From positions 156,302,001-156,366,000 of the forward strand of contig OX597814.1 of the NCBI GenBank assembly GCA_951406725.2: DNA of 64,000 nucleotides. Reading direction: 5' to 3'. Position 1 is the stretch's first letter, and every line of letters begins with the position of its first letter. The DNA comes from Octopus vulgaris. Taxonomy: Eukaryota. Shown piece after piece: positions 56,691 to 64,000 of this stretch. The position numbers and the translations under genes were made by a program. A model generated the notes under the pieces. It made no database searches and had not been told where the DNA came from. It was given only the letters and a program-made list of their open reading frames with translations.

Positions 56691-57964
56691 TATACACATA
56701 TATATATACATATATATACATTTATATATTCATATTCATATATATACATATATACACACACCCATGTATATATGTGTGTGTGTGTGTATGTGTGTGTGGA
56801 GAGAGAGTTAGACACTAAAATATATACATAACTGCAAGCGTAAATGTATCTACAACTGCATATGCATGTATGTATGCATGTATGTATGTATGTATGTATG
56901 TATGTATGTATGTATGTATGTATGTATGTATGTATGTATGTATGTATGTATGTGAAGTATCAACCAGCATATCAAGGAATTCTTCTTGAGCGACGACTTT
57001 AACTTCCGAAGTACTGAATACCCCCACGGACACATTCACAAAGTTGTCATCGCATGCAAAAATACTTGAAGGATTTTAACCCTATTATGCTTTGTAGGAA
57101 ACAAATTATATTCCAAACAACCAAAGTAAATTCATTTTAGATCTCTGCTTCACAAACAATTTGGATCTCATCCATAATGTGAAGATAGCCCTTAGGATTT
57201 TCTCAGATCATAACCTTATATAGCTTACAACGTTCTGCTCACAGATCAATGAATACCGCAGACAAACATTCGGGAAGAAAGAAATGAGATCTGTCCTGCT
57301 TAAAGTTTTACAAAGCTGGCTAGAAATCTATTCATAAAGATATTCTTAGGCAGGACTTGCTAGAAAACTCTGAGCACAAGAGACTTGAAAATTTTGAACA
57401 GTGGCTTTATGATATTTTAAATGAAAAAGATGTATTCAGCTATACAAACAGAGACTCTAACTAAGCCACGCTAACGGTAGAGAACTCTCTGGGGCAATTA
57501 AGATCCCGGGTGATGTTGCAAACTTACATCAATACATTAATTCAATTAACGTAAAAACAAATGGGTTGAAGAAAATACCAAATAATTTAACGCTTGAAAG
57601 TTCGAACATCTTCCCTACCAGCACAGGACACATTCTATGCAAATTATATACAGCGGATTTCCAACACGCCGGACACTAACCCGAAATTCTTGAGGGTCAT
57701 GCTAATGTTAGACAGTCGTTGAATCTACACTAGGTTCATCCGTCCTTTGACAAGTCTTGTTTTTAGTCCTACTGCTTTTGGTCTGGCAACTCTCTTCATC
57801 AGGCAAACCTAGTGGAGTTGCCAGTTTAGTCGCCGACAACCGCCCATGCGACAAGTTTTACTGGATTCCGTGATATCAGAAGTACTCATGAGAGGCATTA
57901 CAACTGATCTGACTTATTATACTTACACACACACATACATGTATATATATTCTTTATTCTTTTT

Positions 57965-58156
57965 ATTATTTAATTTGTTTCATTTATTTGACAGCGGTCA
58001 TGCTGGAGCACCGGCTTTAATCGAACAAATCGATCCCAGGACTTGTACTTTGTAAGCCTAGTACTTATTCTATCGGTCTCTTTGCCGAACCACTGAGTTA
58101 CGGAGACGTAATCACACCAGCATCGGTTGTCAAGTGATGGTGGGAGAACAAACACA

Positions 58157-58214
<58 letters not shown>

Positions 58215-58378
58215 ACAGGCTTCTTTGTGTTTCAGTCTACCAAATACACTCACAAGGCTTTGGTCGGCCCGAGGCTATAGTAGAAGCCACTTACACAAGC
58301 TGCTACGCAGTGGGACTGGAGCCGGAGTCATGTGGTTGGGAAACAAGCTACTTAACACACAGCCATCCATGCGCCTAT
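57965..58378 (-). mobile_element. SINE family B, near full length
   Basis: Reverse complement of the family B copy at 20789-21190, with internal (TA)n. Confidence 0.9.
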
Positions 58379-58414
58379 ACATAGCAATATATATATATAT
58401 ATATATTTATATAT

Positions 58415-58570
58415 GAGTACAGGACGTTACAAACCGTAGACAACATGAAATACGAAAACAAATGAGTTTAATACGCAAACAACAAGAGAAACGAATGGAA
58501 AACAGGACAAGTAACATAAAAAACGACCCTTCATCAGTTGTCGGCTGTCTATCTATTCCTTATTTCGAGC
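58415..58570 (-). mobile_element. PLE-terminus-like fragment related to the end of the 841-bp dimer unit
   Basis: Minus strand gctcGAAAta..caaCTGATGAagggtcg..ttacttgtcctg resembles 49606-49675 (cttcGAAACG..CTGAAGAagggg..ttattgtcctg). Confidence 0.5.
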
Positions 58571-58571
58571 T

Positions 58572-58716
58572 GTTTCCATCTACCAAATTCACTCACAAAG
58601 CTTTTGTCGGTCCTGAAGCTATAGCAGAAGACACTCGCCCAAGCTGCCACGCAGTGGGACTGAACCTGAAACCATGTGGTTGGGAAGCTTCTTACCACAT
58701 AGCCACGCCTGCGCCT
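58572..58716 (-). mobile_element. SINE family B, 5' half
   Basis: tttccatctaccaaattcactcacaa..gccacgcagtgggactgaacctgaaaccatgtggttgggaagc..cctgcgcct. Confidence 0.85.
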
Positions 58717-59324
58717 ATATGTGTTTGCGTTTATGTGAGCGTGTGTGTGTGTGTTAAAACGTCTTCTTTGCTTCATTTATTCTCACTGCCTACACTCAGT
58801 CCATAGTTTAACTTATGTAAAAGACTGGTCTTTGTATATCTGTTCTCTGGAAAGCATGCTCACTCAAAATTCATTCTCTTTATTTTTTCCCTTCTTGTCC
58901 TAAAATCCTATTAACAGAGAATGTCTGCGTTCTTGCAATTAAGTGTCCATTGTGTCTTTCTCCAAACATATCTCTTTTGCTATTATTTCTGAAATGTTTA
59001 CTGATAACCTGTACACCACAATCATAATATTGTTTTAGGCGCTGAGCTTCTTGGCGAGTTGGTGAGATTTGTTAACTTCGATGTGACATGACAGACGGAA
59101 CATATATTTTTAGACAAAGATGTCAATTAACATACCTAGCGGCGCGCAAACTTTACATATTTTACAGACATGAAGACACACATATTCATACTGATTGTTC
59201 GTTACACTGCACACAAATATTTGTTTTACGTGCAAATATACAGCAGAAAGCCAGTGCCGTGCTTCTATGTCTTCTAGAATTAAACGAAAGTGAAGAATAG
59301 TCCACAAGCGTTCGTCGTGTTAAG

Positions 59325-59375
59325 ACGAGAGCCATTTAGATGTTTCGATGATTATCCATCTCATCAGTTGTCATG
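59325..59375 (-). ncRNA. Degenerate hammerhead motif
   Basis: CUGAUGA GAUG gauaau CAUC GAAA CAU cuaa AUG gc: core and stems II/III intact, U16.1 and stem I damaged. Confidence 0.45.
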
Positions 59376-59579
59376 AGCTGAAAGCAGTTCTTTTGTTAGT
59401 CACGCACTTTGAATATTATATCTGTCTGTGGTGGTTGACATCTAAAATGGTATTGGCAAGACAAAAGGATAAAATGAGAACTTTATGCGCAACCTCAAAA
59501 TAATTCTCGTTAGTTACTTTCTTTTGTTATTGTTTATACGACTAATAACACATTCAGCATATGTATTTATGTACATACA

Positions 59580-59674
<95 letters not shown>

Positions 59675-59904
59675 GTATATAGTTATTTATTTATTTATTT
59701 ATAATGTTTTGTGGGTAGAAATTAAAAAAGTTTGAGAGCTATCCCCTACCTTTATAAACTTCCTTGATAGTAAGTGGTTGCCCGGAACGCCCGGTCCTTG
59801 AATCATTCTGTAAATTCTGCTGATTAAAAACAATAACAATAATAACTAGCTAGAGATTTATAGCTTGACGATATATAGATAGATCGATAGATACAACACA
59901 TAGC

Positions 59905-59966
<62 letters not shown>

Positions 59967-60084
59967 CTTATAAAATATAGGTATGTTTTTATAAGCTATT
60001 TATAAATTTAACCTTTAAAGGCATTTTTTATATGTTGGCCATTGATAATTTTTTTCTTTCGAAACAAATCTTATCCTACATTAG

Positions 60085-60136
<52 letters not shown>

Positions 60137-60305
60137 TATATATATAGGGAAAATTCACCCAAAAAACATATATATTTGAAAGAATTAGAGATGGCTTCCT
60201 TGGGGGGATAATTTTTATTCTTAAGATAAAAATTACCTCCTAAGCCATCTCTACTCATCTTTACAAATATATAATTCTGTACCAAGAACTTTCTTTTTAT
60301 TATTC

Positions 60306-60365
<60 letters not shown>

Positions 60366-60869
60366 TAAATCAAATATAATGCAGTTGAATCTCCGGGAAC
60401 TAAGAACAAATGAAAACAATGCTTTTTGTGAAGTGCCTGTATATGAGGACAATATGTGCGTATGGGTGTACGGTGGATTTGTTCAAGAAATACACACAAT
60501 ATACTTTTATACATACACGCATATATATATAGAGAGAGAGGGAGGGGGAGTGAATAAGTTACTAAAATACCAGCATATATTAGTATCCAGTTCCCTAATT
60601 TAGAAAAGCAAAACCAATTTAGTTCCTGCTAGCAGCACAATGTATTGACACATTATATTGGAATCTACAGAAAGGAAATATATTTATTTTCGTTAGTCTT
60701 CTACTAACTCAGTGGGAAATGTCTTGTGTTTATTAGATGCCTTAGGATAACAGACTTGTAATGTTCCCAGGGTTATACTTGGTGGTCAGCAAGTTTATTC
60801 AAACAATCTCCTAGTTACATGTTTTAGTATTGTTATGTTATTGATTCTCTTGCACACAAGCACACACGT

Positions 60870-60901
<32 letters not shown>

Positions 60902-61379
60902 GCAAGCAGACATACAGACAGATAGAAAGATAGATAGATTGAGAGATTTTGAGATTGTCAATATTGGGCGAGTCTCATCCAGCTAAAAATGTATGAGTTA
61001 CATAGTTAGGCATTGTACAATGAACAGATTAGTATTTATCTGTTAGCATCTGGACATAAAAGTTACCATTGGCTGTGTCGTCAAAGGAGATATATACAAC
61101 TATAATTCGAACTGCAGCCCAAACACATGATCCGAGACAGGTTACGCCTGTTTTGTGAAGGTTATCTGTAGCATGAAATAGGTTATACCGGTGGATGATG
61201 ACTTCATTAGGATAACAAGTCTTATGTGATGAAATTATTCGATCAATTATGAAAGAACTGCACGACAAGCAAAATCATTTAGTGTTTATAAACATCTAAG
61301 GATTAAGTGATATTTCAGAATGCTACGCAATTAATAATTAGTTGATATTCAATTGCGATGAACAATGCATAAGAAATAT

Positions 61380-62900
61380 GGAAAAATGGGGACCATTTCC
61401 CCTTGTGGGATAACGTTAAAATAATAGACCGAGAATACCACAGGAAAATACGAAATACAGACAAATGACTCAACACTAAAGTAAACTACTACACATGTAC
61501 AATCTCCCTAAGATTCACAAGGATGGTATTCCATTAAGACCTATAGTGAGCTGTAGAAGTTCAGTATGTCAGCCACTGAGTCACTTCCTTGTGGATACAA
61601 TCAGTCCATTTGCAGGAAAGTCAACATCGTACGTGAATAATTCCACCCACTTCACAGAATTCTTTAAAGATGCCATCATTGAATCCAACCAGATGGTGAG
61701 TCTAGATGTGATAAGTCTGTTCACCTAAGTCCCAACTGGTGAAGCACTATCGGTGATTAAAGAAAAACTAGCGACAAACACCCATCTAAAAGAACGCACT
61801 AATATACTAATAAGAAACTTGATGGGAATGTTGACCTTCTGTGTAGAAACTACCTACTTCAGTATAGACACTGATATATATCAATAGGAAGAGGGTTTAG
61901 CTATGGGTTTCCTCATTATCACCGATATTAGCCAATATGTACATAGAATACTTTGAGAATTTGGCTTTAGGATCAACGCCACTAAAACTAACCCTATGGC
62001 TGCGATATGTTGATGACACCTTTATATTCCGGCCCCACCAGGAAGATGTCCAAGTGATGTTAGATCATGTAAACTCAATAATAAAGCCATCAATACAGTT
62101 CACAATAGAAAAGGAAAAGAGACAATCAACTAGTATTCCTGGACGTATTAATAACAAGCATCAAGTATGGATTCAGGACATCCGTAAACCGCAAGCCGAC
62201 CTTCACTGGACGATACCTAAACTTCAATTCCCACCATCCATACAGTGTAAAGAGAGGGATTGCTCAGTGCCTAAAACATCGAGAATATAAGTAGCGATTG
62301 TGATACCCACCACAAAGAAATGATCAAGCTCAGTAACAATCTGTTAAGCAACAACTACCCCCAAAACATACTATCCACTCCAATTATAAAAAAAAAGAGA
62401 GGATGAAACCAATGAACTGTCCATAGTCTGTCTACCATGTGGATGGCCTATCCGAAAAGATACAAAAGATTTGCGGCTCATATGATATCAGGACAGTATT
62501 CTAGAGTAATACAACACTTCGCAAATATCTCCTTCCAGTAAAACCACCAATAAAAGACAATATGATCAAAAGCTGCGTGTATTCTATCCCATGCAGCTGT
62601 GGTAGGTTATACGAAGGCGGGACATACTGCCCGCTCAAAATAAGGGGAGAGGAACACCGCAAAGCTGTGACATGAGGAGATATTGATAAATTGGGTATAG
62701 CTGATCATGTATGGAAAAATGGAAACAACCTCCCTCTGTGGGATTAAGTTAAAATAATAGACAGAGAACATCACTGGAAAATACGAAAACTAAAGGAAGC
62801 AGCACATATGCTAGACACAACAACCGCCTAAGCAGACCCAGTGCAGATATGAATTGCATATGGAAACCGGTATTAAGGAAATATAGGAAAATATTAGATT
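61380..62900 (+). mobile_element. Penelope-like element: RT + GIY-YIG, decayed, with a short duplicated endonuclease fragment at 61380-61455
   Basis: YNLPKIHKDGIPLRPIVS, MVSLDVISLFT, GLAMG, WLRYVDDTF, PSIQFTIEKE, CVYSIPCSCGRLY, IADHVWKNG, LKEAAHM. Confidence 0.92.
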
Positions 62901-62934
62901 TATAAACCCTAAAATTCACTTCATAATTGCCCGT

Positions 62935-62998
62935 GGGCATATGGCGTAGTGGTTAAGAGCGCGAGCTACTAGCCCCAAGATTCCGAGTTTGATTCCAG
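62935..62998 (+). promoter_or_regulatory. tRNA-derived Pol III promoter-like head
   Basis: A box TGGCGTAGTGG (62942-62952) and B-box-like GTTTGATTC (62987-62995); no complete cloverleaf. Confidence 0.7.
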
Positions 62999-63132
62999 AA
63001 TAATAATATTAATAATAATAATATTAATAATAATAATAATAATTATTATTATTATTATTATTATTATTATAATAATAATAATAACAACATCGAAAAATAC
63101 CTTAGGGAAACCCAGTTTCCAAATATCCCTAA

Positions 63133-63178
63133 GATACCTGACGTAGGCTTGAAGGTGTATCAGCCGAAACGTTGTGTT
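63133..63178 (+). ncRNA. Minimal hammerhead motif in the putative pLTR of the PLE
   Basis: GAUAC CUGACGu a GGCU..AGCC GAAA CG UU GUGUU, with A9 substituted. Confidence 0.6.
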
Positions 63179-63726
63179 AACATCAAACAAGGTGAGGACA
63201 AATATCCGCCAAATGTAAATAATGTACGTAATTCCTCATCTCTTAAATGAAGAACTGTATTATGTGAAGCTGTTGTTCATAATATTAGCTGACGGCACAT
63301 TCACTTCTGCTTTGACTGTCAAATGATGCCCAGAATTAAACGTACCCTTAATTGAAACTGTACGCTAAACAGTATATCAATCGTTCTCTTGATTGTTATA
63401 TCAATTCTGAACTGCTATTCTTGTTGTACAGAAATTGGATATAGAGATAAATACTTTTATCTAACAAGCCATGTACGTTCTGATGAGCTCTAACGTAATT
63501 TACAAATATTTCTGATGTTACTGATGATATAAAAGTGTGTGTGCATATAAACTTCCTATTGAGAGTATTGTTTTAAAGTAAGTTAAATTAGCTATTACAA
63601 CTCAGCTTCTTTTCTTGAAAAAAAAAATTAAATCGTTAAGAAGTACGCTGCGTAAGCCAATGTTTCTGGATTTGACACTACTGAACAGTACCTCCACACA
63701 CACACGTATACTGTACATATATATAT

Positions 63727-63930
63727 AGTTAATCCAAACATAAAAACACAAAGAGAAAAGAACAACAACGCGAGGACGTGGAACAAGTATAGTATTATTG
63801 GACGCTCAGAAAAGCAAAGAAAGGAGGATTTAACGTTTCGAGCGGAGCACTTCGTCAGAAACATAGGAAAAGGAAAGATCTAAGGAAAGGAAGACGGAGG
63901 AAAAAAGATCGCCAACGATACACACGCGGT
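63727..63930 (-). mobile_element. HHR-bearing element, same family as 17905-18115 (HHR at 63828-63862)
   Basis: Minus strand GUUU CUGACGA a GuGC ucc GCUC GAAA CG UU AAAU. Confidence 0.8.
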
Positions 63931-63986
<56 letters not shown>

Positions 63987-64000
63987 TATATGTATATGTA

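Noticed and set aside
57780-57810. Minus-strand CUGAUGA-agag motif
   Set aside because: No paired stem II or GAAA follows.
62935-62998. Possible tRNA gene
   Set aside because: The 3' acceptor half is missing and the B box is mutated; treated as a tRNA-derived head. The same applies to the SINE heads at 27680 and 51609.
63473-63498. tacgtt ctgatgag ctc taacgta
   Set aside because: A stem I-like pair and the core 5' half are present, but GAAA and stems II/III are absent.

Overview
AT-rich, microsatellite-dense eukaryotic DNA whose repeat content (tRNA-headed SINEs, Nin-domain SINE multimers, abundant (TA)n) strongly suggests a coleoid cephalopod such as Octopus; this is inference. The only host gene sequence I can support is one internal exon (41-475, +) encoding a synaptotagmin-like C2A domain with substituted Ca2+ ligands. 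The other ~63.5 kb looks like a single intron filled with transposable elements: three or more SINE families (including a ~9-unit tandem array), RTE, R4/Dong-like and CR1/L2-like LINE fragments, Penelope-like elements (PLEs), one full-length frameshifted mariner and one mariner remnant. Almost all ORFs in the supplied track are microsatellite artefacts. The most striking unexplained structure is a set of more than 10 short non-coding inserts, mostly flanked by (TA)n, carrying type I hammerhead-ribozyme (HHR) motifs with short, often palindromic stem III. Several fold back into long palindromes or are truncated at the ribozyme. One family reconstructs as a circularly permuted ~470-nt monomer. 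One HHR lies behind a tRNA-like Pol III promoter at the end of a PLE ORF. Together this looks like a diverse PLE-driven retrozyme/circular-RNA system. All folds and alignments were read by eye, and many TE boundaries are approximate.
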